From the human T2T-CHM13v2.0 reference genome, Homo sapiens: DNA of 64,000 nucleotides. Shown here in pieces: positions 30,990 to 43,820 of this stretch. Both the position numbers and the translations under genes were made by a program. Below the pieces are notes generated by a model. That model ran no database searches. It had not been told where the DNA came from and saw nothing but the letters and a program-made list of their open reading frames with translations. The stretch is taken from assembly GCF_009914755.1 (NCBI RefSeq), contig NC_060926.1; one strand, written 5' to 3'. The stretch's first letter is position 1, and each line of letters starts with the position of its first letter.

Positions 30990-32520
30990 TACTAATTATA
31001 AGTGTTCTGAAAGAAAAATAATGTGAATGATAAAGCTAAGCTGGGGGACCTTACTAGCCTGGGACATAATGGTCAGAAACGAGTTTCCTGAGGAAGTCAT
31101 ACCTCAGCTAATATCTGAAAAGTGAGTAGGAATTACTGGAGGAGGAAGATGAGGGTGGGGTGGAAGCAAAGGGAGCAACTTACACCCAACAATGAGGAAA
31201 GCGGAGTGTTCTCCACGTAGAAACAAAGGTATTACTTTGCCTGAATCACCTGGACATCTGAACTCAAAAGAGAGAGGAATTAGCAGAAAAACAGGCACAG
31301 TTAAGTTCATGCAGAACCTTCTGGACCATGATAAATATTTTTGTCTTGGTAATTAAAAAAATTAAAAGCTATTGAGTTTTGAATAGAAAAATGATCATAC
31401 TTGCATTTTTGCAAGATCATGCTAGCTACAGTGGTGAGAGAGGATTAGAGGATAAGGGTGGATATGGAGAGGAAAATCTGAAGGCTGTGGAAGCAGTCCA
31501 AGCAGGACTGATAGTAGCTGCATGTGATGGTTAATATTGAGTGTCAACTTGATCAGATTAAAGAATGCAAAATATCGTTCCTGGGTGTGTCTGTGAGGGT
31601 GTTGCCAAAGGAGATTAACATTTGAGTCAGTGGACTGGAGGGAGGCAGACCCACCCTCAACCTGGGTGGGTGCCATTCAATCAGCTGCCAGGTAGGCAAG
31701 AATAAAACAGGCAGGATAAGATGAAAGAGCAGAATTGCTGAGTCTTCTGGCCTTCCTCTTTCTCCGATGCTGGATGCTTCCTGCCCTCGAACATCAGACT
31801 CCAAGTTCTTGAGCTTTTGGACTCTTGGACTTACACCAGTGGTTTACCAGGGGCTCTTGGGCCTTTGGCCACAGAGTGAAGTTTGCACTGTCAGCTTCCC
31901 TACTTTCGAGGCTTTGGGACTTGGACTGATCCACCATTGGCTTCCTTGCTCTCAACTTGCAGACAGCCTGTTGTGGTACTTTACCTTGGGATCCTGTGAG
32001 TCAATTCTTAATAAACTCCCTCTCCTATATGCAAAGATCCTATTAGTTGTGTCCTTCTAGAAACCCTTGATAATACACTGCACTAGGAAAATGGCAATGG
32101 AGAGGAAGAGAAGTGGATGTTTGCAGAGGTTTTAGTGCATAAAACAGATAGGACCTTATAAATATCAGATCTAGAGTGAGGAAATATTAAGTGTCACAAA
32201 TAACTCATGGATTTCTCAGTCACAGAACTGGATGGATGGCTGGGACATTTGCCAATAAAGGAAAGTGGAAGGAAATCCAATCTTGCTGAGAAAATCATCA
32301 TTTCAATTATGGACTCAGTGAGAATTCAGTGTCTTTGTGACATTTAAAAGTGACATAGTCAAGTGAATATACAGGTACAGAAATAAAAAGATTTCTGGCT
32401 AAGAATATAAACCTGAGGGTTAGTGGCATGTCAATTAAACATGGGCAAGAAAGCGGTTTCATGGAGTGAGAGAAGAGAGTAAGAAAAAAGAGGGCCTACA
32501 ACTGAGCCATCCATAATTCC
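30990..32520 (-). mobile_element. L2 LINE interrupted by the MLT2A2 LTR
   Basis: ggtcagaaacgagtttcctgaggaagt..aaagctattgagttttgaatag and, after the LTR, ggcaatggagaggaagagaagtggatg..agaactggatggatgg. Confidence 0.72.
31523..32077 (+). mobile_element. MLT2A2 (HERV-L) solo LTR
   Basis: tgtgatggttaatattgagtgtcaacttga...aataaactccc...taataca, 555 bp, perfect 5-bp TSD ctgca on both sides. Confidence 0.94.
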
Positions 32521-33253
32521 AATGTTTTATTTATTTTCAGTATTGACTTCATGTTTTATATCTGTAATCTCCAGGTCATCTCAATTTATCTTAGATGATA
32601 CATTTCAAATATCCAGTTTTCTGGGTTCTATTTACTATGACTCAGTTACTCCTAAGTAGGAACATGTAGGAAGTGTTTAACCTAGGGTATCTTTACTTAT
32701 GTAGATACAATGTTTCCACATATTTGTCTCTCCTGTCTTCTCCCTAAACTTCTAGTCAAAATTTCCATTTTCTCAAATTGCAGAATGTAGCAATTTTAAT
32801 CAAAGAAATTTAGAGAGAGAGATGTAGCAAAGTTTTTTTTTTTCAAAAAATACTTAAGCCAAATACATCTGAAGCTATTTCAATACACGGAAGCACATTC
32901 TTCCCACTAACTCATCTAGAAGGAGAAATGTCAACCTGAGCATCTCTAAGGGCTCTGCTCCTCCCACCACCCCAACATTTTTCCCCACTGTGTTATTCTT
33001 TTTATAGCCATGTAGCACATTGTGCATCATCTGGAGCTCTGAGAGCAACAGTGACCAACCCCTGGGTACCTCCTTTAAACAGTCCATTCTCCACGTACCA
33101 ACACATCCAATAGCAGTTTCACATAGTCAGCAAAAGAAATACTAGTCATTTATCTCTTCTATTTTGGGAGTGGGGGGTGTTTGGAAGAAACTTTTCCTGG
33201 TAAGTTGCTAGAAGAAAGTAAATGGAGAACTCTGGGCTCATGTTAAAATTCAC

Positions 33254-33743
<490 letters not shown>

Positions 33744-36700
33744 TTATAGGGACATAATAGGTGTATATATTTATGGACTACATGAGATATTCCAATACAA
33801 GCACGCAGTGCATAATAATCATATCATAGATACTGGAATATCCGTCCCCTCAAGCATTTATCTTTTGTATTATAAACAGTCCAATTATACTTTTTCAGTC
33901 ATTTTTAAATGTCCAATTAATTTATTATTGACCATAATCATACTGTGGTGCTATCAAATACTAGGTCTTATTCATTTTTCCATTTTTTTGTACCCATTAA
34001 CCATCCCAACCTCCCTCCTCCCACTCACTACCCTACCCAGCCTCTGGGAACCATTCTTCTACTCTCTATCTACATGAGTTCAATTGTTTCGATTTTCAGA
34101 TCCCACAAGTGTGTGAGAACATGTGTTGTCTTTCTTTGCCTGGCTTATTTCGTTTCATATAATGACCTCCTGTTTCATCCATATTGTTGCAAACGACAGA
34201 ATCTCATTTTTTCTTTTGGGTGAATAGTACTTCATTGTGTATATGTACCACGTTTTCTTTATCCATCCATTTGTCGATGGACTTTTAGGTTGCTTTCAAG
34301 TCTTGACTATTGTGAACAGTGCTGCAACAAACATGGGAGTGAAGATATTTCTTCAATGTGCTGATTTCCTCTCTTTTGGATATATATCTAGAAGTGGGAT
34401 AGCTGAATCATATGGAAGCTCTATTTTCAGTTTTTTTGAGGAATCTCCAAACTGTTCTCCATAGTGGTTGAATTAATTTACATTCCTACGAACAGTGAAC
34501 AAGGATTCCCTTTTCTCCACATCCTCACCAGCATTTGTTATTGCCTGTCTTTTGGATAAAAGCCATTTTAACTAAGGTGAGATGAGATCTCCTTGTAGTT
34601 TTGATTTGCATTTCTCTGATGATCAGTGATGTGCACATTTTCATATGCCTATTTACCATTTGTATGTTTTCTTTTGAGAAATGTTTGTTCAAATTTTTGC
34701 CCATTTTTAAATCGGATTACTATGTTTTTTTCTATAGAGTTGTTTGAGCTTCTGATATATTCTGGCTATTAATTCTTTATCAGATGGGTAATTGGCAAAT
34801 ATTTTATACAATTCTGTGGGTTCTCTCTTCATTTTTTTATTGTTTCCTTTGTTGTGCAGAAGCTTTCTAACTTGATGTGATCTGATTTATCAATTTTTGC
34901 TTTGGTTACCTGTGCTTGTGGTGTATTACTAAAAAGTTTTATGCCCAGACAAATGATCTGGATAATTTCCCCAGTGTTTTCTTGTAGTAATTTCATAGCT
35001 TGAGGTCTTAAAATTAAGACTTTAACCCATTTTTGATTTGATTTTTGTATATGGCAAGAGATAAGGGTCTAGTTTCATTGTTCTGCATATGAATATCTAG
35101 TTTTCCCAGCACTATTTATTGGAAAGACTATTTTTTCCTCAATGGATGTTCTTGGTACCCTTGTCAAAAATGAATTTACTGTAGGTATGTGAATGTATTT
35201 CTGGGTTCTCTATTCTGTTCCATTGGTTTATGTGTCTATTTTTATGCCAGTACCATGCTTTTTTGGTTATTATAGCTCTGTAATATAATTTGAAGTTAGA
35301 TAATGTTATTCCTCCTGTTTTGTTCTTTCTGCTTAGGATAGCTTTGGCTACTATGGGTCTTTTGTGGTTCCATATAAATTTTAGGGTTTTTTTTTTCTAT
35401 TTCTGTGAATAATGTCATTGGTATTTTGACAGAGATTGCATTCAATCTGTAGATTTCTTTGGATTGTACGGATTAACAATATTGATTTAATGAATATGAA
35501 ATATCTTTCATTTTTGTGTCATCTTCAATTTCTTTCATCAGTGTTTTATACTTTCATTATAGAGATCTTTCAGTTTTTTGGTTAATTCCTAGGTATTTAA
35601 TTTTATTTGTGGATATTGTAAATTACGTTACTTAAAACGTTTTTTCTCAGAATGGTTACTATTAGTATATAACAATGCTATTAAATTTTGTATGTTAATT
35701 TTCTGTCCTGCAACTTTACTGAATTTATAAATTCTAATACATTTTTGGTGGAATCTGTAGGTTTTTCCAAATATAGGATCTTATCACCTGCAAATAACAA
35801 TAATTTGACATCTTCCTTTCCAATTTGGATGCCCTTTATTTTTTTCTTTTGTCTAGTTGCTCTAGTTAGGACTTTAGTACTATGTTGAGTAACAGTGGTG
35901 ACAGTGGGCATTCTTGTCATATTCCAGGCCTTAGAGGAAAGGCTTTCAGTTTTTCCCCATTCAGTAAGATACTAGTTGTATGTCTGTTATATATAGCTTT
36001 TTGTTATGTTGAGATATGTTCCTTCTATACCCACTTTTTGAGAGTTTTTGTCATGAAGGCATGTTGAATTTCATCAAATGCTTTCTCAGCATCAATTGAA
36101 AAAATCATATGATTTTTGTCTGTCATTCTGTTGATATCATATATCACATTGATTGATTTGCATATGTTGAACCAGCCTTGCTTCCCAGGGTAAATCCCAC
36201 TGGATTAACATGAATGATCTTTGTAATGTATTGTTGAATTTGGTTTGCCAGTATTTTGTTGAGGACTTTGCATCAATATTTATCAGTGATACTGACCTGT
36301 AGTTTTCATTTTTTGATGTGTCTTTGTCTGGTTTTGGTATTGGTGTAACAGTGGCTTTATAGAATAAGTTTGGAAATATTCCCTCTTCCTCTATTTTTCA
36401 GAATAGTTTGAGTAAGATTGGTTTTAGTTCTTCTTTAAACGTTTGTTAGAATTCAGCAGTGAAGCCATCATGTACCAGTCTTTCTTGGACTGAGAGACTT
36501 TTTATTATGGCTTCAATCTCGTTACTTGTTATTGGACTTGTTCAAGTTTTGGATTTCTTCATGGTTCAATCTTGGTAAGTTTATGTGTCTAGGAATTTAT
36601 CCATTTCTTCTAGATTTTCCAATTTACTGGCATATAGTTGTTCTCAGTAGCCACTAGGGACCTTGAATTTCTGTGGTATCAGTTGTAATGTCTCCTTTAT

Positions 36701-37592
36701 ATCTTTGACTTTATTTATTTGGGTCTTCTCTCTTTTCTTCCTGTAACTTGTTGCATGAAATGTTCCATACATATCTATTGGGTTTATTTGGTCTATTATA
36801 CGGATTTAGTCTTATGTTTCTTTGTTGATTTTTTCCTCTGGGAGACCTGTCCAGTGCAGAAAGTGCAGTGTTGAAGTCTCCAGCCGTTATTGCATTGGGA
36901 TCTATCTCTCTCTTTAGCTCTAATAATATTTGCTTTATATATCTGAGTGCTCCTGTGTTGGGTGCATATATATTTATGATCATTATATCCTTTTGTTGAA
37001 TTGACCTTTTTCTCATTAGATAATTACCTCCTTTGTCTCTTCTTAGAGTTTTTGTTTTGAAATATATTTTGTCTGATATAAGTATTGCTATTCTTGCTGT
37101 TTTTTTATTTCCTCTGGCATGGAATATCTTTTTCTATCCCATTATTTTCAGTATTTATAGGTGTAGTTTATTTATTGTAGGCAACAGATAATTGGATCTT
37201 GCTTTTTTATGTCCGTTTGGACAGTCTATGTCATTTGATTGAAGAGTTTAGTTTGTTTACATTAAATGTTATTAATGATAAGTAGGGAGTTACTGCCATT
37301 TTGTTATTTGTTTTCTGGTTGTTTTTGATCTTCTCTTCCTTCCTGTCTTCCTTTCAGTGAAGGTGTTGTTTTATTTTATTTTATTTTTTTTCTGGTGGTA
37401 TGCTTTAATTTCTTGATTTTTAATTTTTGTGTATTTGTTGTATGTTTTTTGCTTTGGGGTTACCATAAGGCTTGAAAGCACTACCTTATAACCCATTATT
37501 TTAAAGTGATGTCAACTTAATACTGATTGCATAAACAAACACATAAAAACAAAACTAATAAAAACTCTACACTTTAACTTTGTCCCCTCACA

Positions 37593-37890
37593 TTTTTTTT
37601 CTTTTTTTTGAGATGGAGTTTCACTCTTGTTGCCCAGGCTGGAGTAAAATGGCACGATTTTGGCTCACTGCAACCTCCGCCTCCTGGTTCAAGCAATTCT
37701 CCTGCCTCAGCCTCCAGAGTAGCAGGAATTACAGGCATGTGCCACCGCACCCAGCTAATTTTGTATTTTTAGTAGAGATGGGGTTTCTCCATGTTGGTCA
37801 GGCTGGTCTTGAAATCCTGACTTCAGGTGATCCACTTGCCTCAGCCTCCCAAAATGCTGGGATTACAGGCATGGGCCACTGCACCCGGCC
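37593..37890 (-). mobile_element. AluSp/Sq inserted in the L1MA2
   Basis: Diagnostic gagtttcactcttgttgccc and ctccatgttggtcaggctgg; approximate TSD tgtcccc.c/a. Confidence 0.95.
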
Positions 37891-39763
37891 TGTCCCCCAA
37901 CTTTTTAACTTTTTGTTGTTTCTCTTCATGTCTTATTCTGCCTATGTCTTGAAAAGTTCTTGTAGTTGTTATTTTTGCGTGGTTCATTACTAAGTCTTTC
38001 TACTTAAGATAACACTAGTTTACACACTGCAATTACAGTGTCATGCTATTCTGGGATTTTCTGCGTGCTTACATTACCAGTGATTTTCTTTTTTTTTTCT
38101 TTTTTTTCACCATCAGATGATTTATTCTTGCATGTTAACATCCTTTTCTTTCAACTGAAGACGTCCCTTTAACATTTCTTATAGGACTGGTCTGGTGTTA
38201 ATGAAATCCCTCAGCTTTCGTTTGTCTGAAAAGGTCTTTATTTCTTCTTCATACTTTGAAGGAAATTTTGGTTGGATCCAGTATTTTAGGGTAGAAGTTT
38301 TTTCCTTCAGGACTTAAAATATGTCATGCCACTTTCTCTTGGCCTATAAGATTTCCACTGAAAAGTCTGTTGCCAGACATATTGGAGCTCCATTGTATGC
38401 TATTTGTTTCTTTTCTCTTGCTGTTTTTTTGGATCCTTTCTTTATCCTTGTCCTTTGGGAGTCTGATTATTAAATGCCTTGAGGTAGTCTTCTTTGAGTT
38501 AAATCTGCTTGGTGTTCTATCACCTTCTTGTACTTGAAAGTTAATATCATTCTCTAGGTTTGGGAAGTTCTCTGATATTATTCTTTTGAATAAACTTTTT
38601 ATCCCTATCTCTTTCTCTGACTCCTCTTCAAGGCCAATAATTCACTATTTGCCCTTTTGGGGCTATTTTCTAGATCTTGTAGGCATGCTTCATTACTTTT
38701 TTATTCTTTTCTCTTTTGTCTCCTCTGACTATGTATTTTCAAGTAGCTTGTCTTCAGGCTTACTAATTCTTTCTTCTGGTTGATAATTTCTGTTATTAAG
38801 GGACTTGATGCATTCTTGACTATATAAATTGTATTTTTCAACTGTAGAATTTCTTCTTGATTATTTTTAATTATTTTAATCTCTTTGTTACATTTCTCTG
38901 ATATAATTCTGAATTCCTTCTCTGTGTTACCTTGAATTTCTTTGGGTTTTCTCAAAACAGCTATTTTCAGTTCTCTGTCTCAAAGGCCACAGATCTGTTT
39001 CTTCAAGACTTGTTCCTTGTGTCTTATTTAGTTTATTTGGTGAGGTCATGTTTTCTCAGATGATCTTGATGATTGTTTATGTTTGTCGGTGTCGTGGCAT
39101 TGAAAAATTAAATTTTTATTGTAGTCTTCACAGGCGTAGCTTATTGTGCCCATCCTTTTTGCGAAGGTTTTCCACATATTCCAAGGGACTTGGGCCTAAA
39201 GCCCAAAAATGCTGTAGTCTTTGCAGACTCATGGAGGTACTACCATGGTGGTCTTATATAAGATCTGGAAGAATTCTCTGAATTACCAGGCAGAGACTTG
39301 TTCTTTTCACTTACTTTCTCCCAAGCAAATGGAATCTCTTACTCTGTGCTGAGCTGCCTGGAACTAGGGGCATGCAAGCACCTCTGTGAACACCACCACT
39401 GGGACTGTACTGGGTCGGACCTGAAACCAGCTCAGTACTGGGTCCCACCCAAGGACTACTGTCATCACTACTTGGCTACCACCTATGTTAACTCAAGTCC
39501 CTAGGGCTCTACAGTCAACAGGTGGTGAAGCCAACCTGGTTTGTGTCCTTCTTTTTAGGGCAACGAGTTCTCTCTGGCCCTGGGTTGATCTGGATATGCT
39601 GTCTGGAAGTCAGAGATTAGAGTCAAAATTCTTAGAAGTTTAATTGATGTTCTATTCTACTGTGGCTAAGTTGGCACTCAAACCACAATCTGAAGTCCTT
39701 TCCACTTGTATCTCCCCTTTTCACAGGCAGCAGAGCCTCTCCCTGTGGCCACCACCACTGCCA

Positions 39764-40240
39764 GCCCATGAATTCATGAAGGAAACTAGTCAAACAAACT
39801 TTTTGGCAAAATGTGATAGTTTAATGAAGAAGTAGAATCATATGTATTTATCCAGAGAATCTTATTCTATAATGGAAACCACTGTATAAGTCTTTGGAAA
39901 TGTTTTAAAGCATTGGCCTGGTAGCTTTTTCAGAGCCTTGTATGTATAGGCTTTCATTTTATTAAAAAATAAGATGTCATGATATTACTTGGAAGGCTGG
40001 TGGGTAGATCAGCTAAATATTATACAGTTCGACTTTTTAAATTTCATTTTAAGGAAATTTTACCAATTATCCTAATAAACAAAATGTCAACATGGGTTAT
40101 ATTACTTTAGGCAAGAAACTACCTATGGAAATATATATTTAAACATAAACTCAACATACAGTATGTGACTGCACTTCGTTTGTTTTTTTGCCTTTGGTAT
40201 GAACCACTGGGGCTCACCATTACTATCACATGCCAGAATT
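39764..40240 (-). repeat. Inverted duplicate of 43118-43592 inserted in the L1 5' UTR
   Basis: Reverse complement aligns end to end with 43118-43592, e.g. ttcttgcctaaagtaatataacccatgttg and ttttgccaaaaagtttgtttgactagtttccttcatgaa are shared exactly. Confidence 0.96.
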
Positions 40241-41453
40241 CTGCCCGACCACCACCAGTGTTTACAAAGAGCCCAAGGGCTATCAGTCAGCTTGTGTTGA
40301 ATCCTGCCAGGCCTAGACTCAACCTTCAGGGAAATGGGCTCTCCTCTGTCCCAGAGCAGGTCCAGAAATGCAGTCCAGGAGCCTAGGTCTGGACTCAGGG
40401 ACCAGAAGAGCCTGCTTGTTTCTCTACGCCACTATGGCTAAGCTAACACCTAAGCTGCAAGACAAATCCCCTTTACTTTTACCTCTGCATTTCTGAAATA
40501 AGATTTCTTTCACCATAGCCACCATAGCTAAGAATGTCCTGGATCACACCTGAAGTTAGCATGTCTCAGAGCCCAAGGCCTGTGGCATACTACCTGGGTA
40601 TTGCTGCTGGTTATTCAGGGCCCAAGAGCTCTTCAGTCAGGAGGTGATGCATCCTGCCAGGACCTTCCCTTTAAGGCAGTGGGTTCTCTATGGCCCAGAG
40701 TGTGTCTAGAAATCTCATCCATGAGCTAGGGCCTGGAATGGGGGCCTCATGACTCTGCCTTACACTATTATGGCTGAGCTGGTATCAAAGATGCAAGACA
40801 AAGACCTCTTTGCTTTTCACTTTCCTCTCCTAAGCAGAAGGAAGGATTCACTTTTGTTTCTGTGAGCTGCACTGCCTGTAGTTGGGGTGGGAGTGGCATA
40901 AGCACTCCCTTAGCCACCCTATCTGGTGTCTCCCTAGGTCACGTGCTACGCTAGTCCATTGGCTCTGAGCCTAGCCCCGCACTAGGAGTTGCCCAGGAAT
41001 TGCAGTCTTTGTGTCTTAGACCACCTTTCAAGTTTACATAGGACCCCAGAGCACATTGGCCCATGTAGGCCAGGCTTGCTGAGAAACTTGAGTTCCAGCC
41101 ATGGGGATGGGTGACTCCCCCCTGGCTAGGTCTGGTCCAAATGCTCTCTCCATGCATGAGTGCTAGTTGAACTCAGCATGGCTTTGCTCTTCGCTGTGAC
41201 AGGACTGGACTGAGTATAGTGTAAAGACCCTTAGTCACTGCAGTCTTCCTCTCCTATGTGCACAGTCTCTCTATGCCATATGGCTGCTGCCAGGGGATAG
41301 GGGAGGGGTGGCATCGGCAATTTAAGACTGTCTCTCCTACCCTCTTCAATGCTCTTTCAGCAATATAAACTTAAAGCCAGGGACTGTGATCACTCACCTG
41401 ATTTTTGGTTCTTGTGATGGTGTTTTTATGCTGAGTTTTGCTGGATATTTGTA

Positions 41454-41745
41454 CTGAGTTTTGCTGGATATTTTTCTAGTCTCTTCAGGGCTCACTCATG
41501 CCTCTTCCATAAGGCTGCAAGTTGGATGATTGTCAGCTTGGGCAACATGGCTCTCCTGTTTTATCAGACAAGAGGATATCCCTGGCTTGTTCACTTGGTT
41601 GCAATATTAGGGGTCCCCAGAGCAGGAGGAAGCATGGAAGGTTTCTCAAAGCTCAGACTTACAACTTGTACAACTTTGGTTCCCCAACATTATGTTCTTC
41701 ATAGAGTCACTAGGCTAACTCAAATTCAATGAGTGGAAAAATACA
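41454..41745 (-). mobile_element. MLT1-type MaLR LTR fragment
   Basis: gggctcactcatgc..ggcttgttcacttgg..agagtcactaggctaactcaaattcaatgagtgg. Confidence 0.6.
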
Positions 41746-42084
41746 GGAGAAAAGGAAGAAACTGTCCATTTTCTAAAATGAACACTTTTTAAAAACATTT
41801 GTACATTTTAAAAATATTCGTACATTTTAAAAATAAATATTTTTAATGGTTGCTTGCTAACATTTTTTTATATATTCATTTCATTGTGGTTTCTGTTCTC
41901 TCCCTTCAACCCTTATGTAAGTTAAATGTTACTTCCATGAGGGAGAGACCATATCTGTGTAGTTCTCATTATATGATTAGCAGAATACATATGTGTCATG
42001 GGCTATTGCCTTCAAAAACTTCCATAATATGCTGTATGAATTTTTAACATTATTATCATACACCTGTTTCACTGTTTGTTATAG

Positions 42085-42220
42085 ACTCTCTTGGTCTTCT
42101 GTAACTTTTTGAGGGCAGTGACTTTATCTTACTCATATTTATAACCCTTGCACTGGGAACTGTGCCTAAATATAGTAAACTATTAATAATTCTTAATGAT
42201 TACATGAATGATTGAATAAA
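42085..42220 (+). mobile_element. L2 3' end
   Basis: ctgtaactttttgagggcagtgactttatctt..gtgcctaaatatagtaaactattaataa..tgaatgattgaat. Confidence 0.65.
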
Positions 42221-43117
42221 TTAATGTTCTCAAGCTTAATAAATACTTCTAAATAGGGAATCAAATTTAAAGTCAAGGAATGAACTCACCTATTTCACTA
42301 GAAATTTTAAGATTTTATTGCTTTATTTAATTCAAAGGCAACATTTTAAAAGAGAAAAAGCATAAATGTAACCTATTTTCTCATCTATGTCTCTCCCCTA
42401 AGGCCTGGTGAACTTATGTTGACCCACCTAGTTTTTCCCCTGAACTGTGCATATTTTTCAGTAATTAAACTAGCTTTTAGTTGAAACCATGGAACTTTCT
42501 TTGGTAGAATCATGAGATAATTAAGTGACCATATACCCAATTTGCCTGAGACATACCCAGTTTTGTGCTTGCTTTTTTGGTGTATTAATAATGCCCTCTT
42601 CTACTTCCAAAATTGTTGTGGCCAGGACCATAAATTACATGATTACCCTAAATACAGTCCATGCTTTGAATATGATGCCAATGGTAGCCTGAAGTTTAAA
42701 AATTCCTATCGTACTGTGAGTATACGTAACTATTTCAACTGGACCAAGTCACCTAATCTTACTGTCCCATTTTTTCACTATTATTCAACATTTTTGCATT
42801 ACAGACATCAGAGAGAACTAGAAAGTACACCTCAACTAAAGGTCACCAGCGAATGGCTTGTGTATAAACAAATTCTTTTGTGCTATAGTTACCATAACCA
42901 ATAAATAATTAATTAAGTAAATGGGAAGATTCCCCAGAGATTATGACAAAGTCATTGGGTTAAAATGCATGATAAAAATGGCACTGAACCTTTTACCTAG
43001 GGAAAGGAGACTTCCTTAGCCTTTCTGCACTTGTGCCTTCTTCTCTTTCACAGCTGACCTAGAGTGACAAAGAGTCTATGTCTTCTAATGGAGTTGGGCT
43101 CTGGGAATATGCTACTT

Positions 43118-43592
43118 AATTCTGTCCTGTGATAGCAATTGTGAGTCCCAGTGGTTCATACTAAAGGCAAAAGAATAAATGAAGTGCAGTCACATAGTGT
43201 GTGTTGAGTTCATGTTTAAATATATATTTCTATAGGTCGTTTCTTGCCTAAAGTAATATAACCCATGTTGCTATTTTAGTTATAGAGTAATTAGTAAAAT
43301 TTCCTCAAAATAAAATTTAAAAAGTCAGACTGTACTATATTTAGCTGATGCACCCATCAGTCTTCCAAGTAAAATCATGATATCTTATTTTTTAATAAAA
43401 TGAAAGTCTGTACATACAGGGCTCTGAAAGAGCTACCAGGCCAATGCTTTATAACATTTCCAAAGACTCATGCAGTGGATTCCATTATAGACTAAGATTC
43501 TCTGTATAAAAACATGAGATGCTACTTCTTCATTAAACTATCATATTTTGCCAAAAAGTTTGTTTGACTAGTTTCCTTCATGAACTCATGGC
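43118..43592 (+). repeat. Probable donor arm of the inverted duplication
   Basis: Roughly 89% identical by hand count to the reverse complement of 39764-40240. Confidence 0.95.
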
Positions 43593-43620
43593 TTTTATGG
43601 TTGCTAATTTTTAAACCAAC

Positions 43621-43820
43621 CTTCCTCCCTCCCTCCCTCCCTCCCTCCCTCCCTCCCTCCTTCCCTTCCTTCCTTCCTTCTTTCCTTTCTTCCTTCCTTC
43701 CCTTCCTTCCTTCTTTCCTTCCTTCCTTCCTTGCTTCCTTCCTTCCTTTTTTCTGTCTCTCCCCCTATATTTTGCTCTCTCTCTCCCTTATCTCCCTGTC
43801 TTTCTCTCCTTCCTCTCCTC
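43621..43820. repeat. (CCCT)n/(CCTT)n polypyrimidine microsatellite
   Basis: ccctccctccctcc..ttccttccttcc tract. Confidence 0.95.

Noticed and set aside
37580-37993. 137-aa ORF and similar ORFs at 7800, 27719, 33369 and 52403
   Set aside because: Antisense Alu translations
39770-40241. The insert is bounded by GAATTC (EcoRI) at both ends, suggesting a cloning chimera
   Set aside because: The insert is about 10% diverged from its local source at 43118-43592, and the source lacks EcoRI sites at those ends (taattc, gaactc). An old natural event with junction microhomology or a short target duplication fits better
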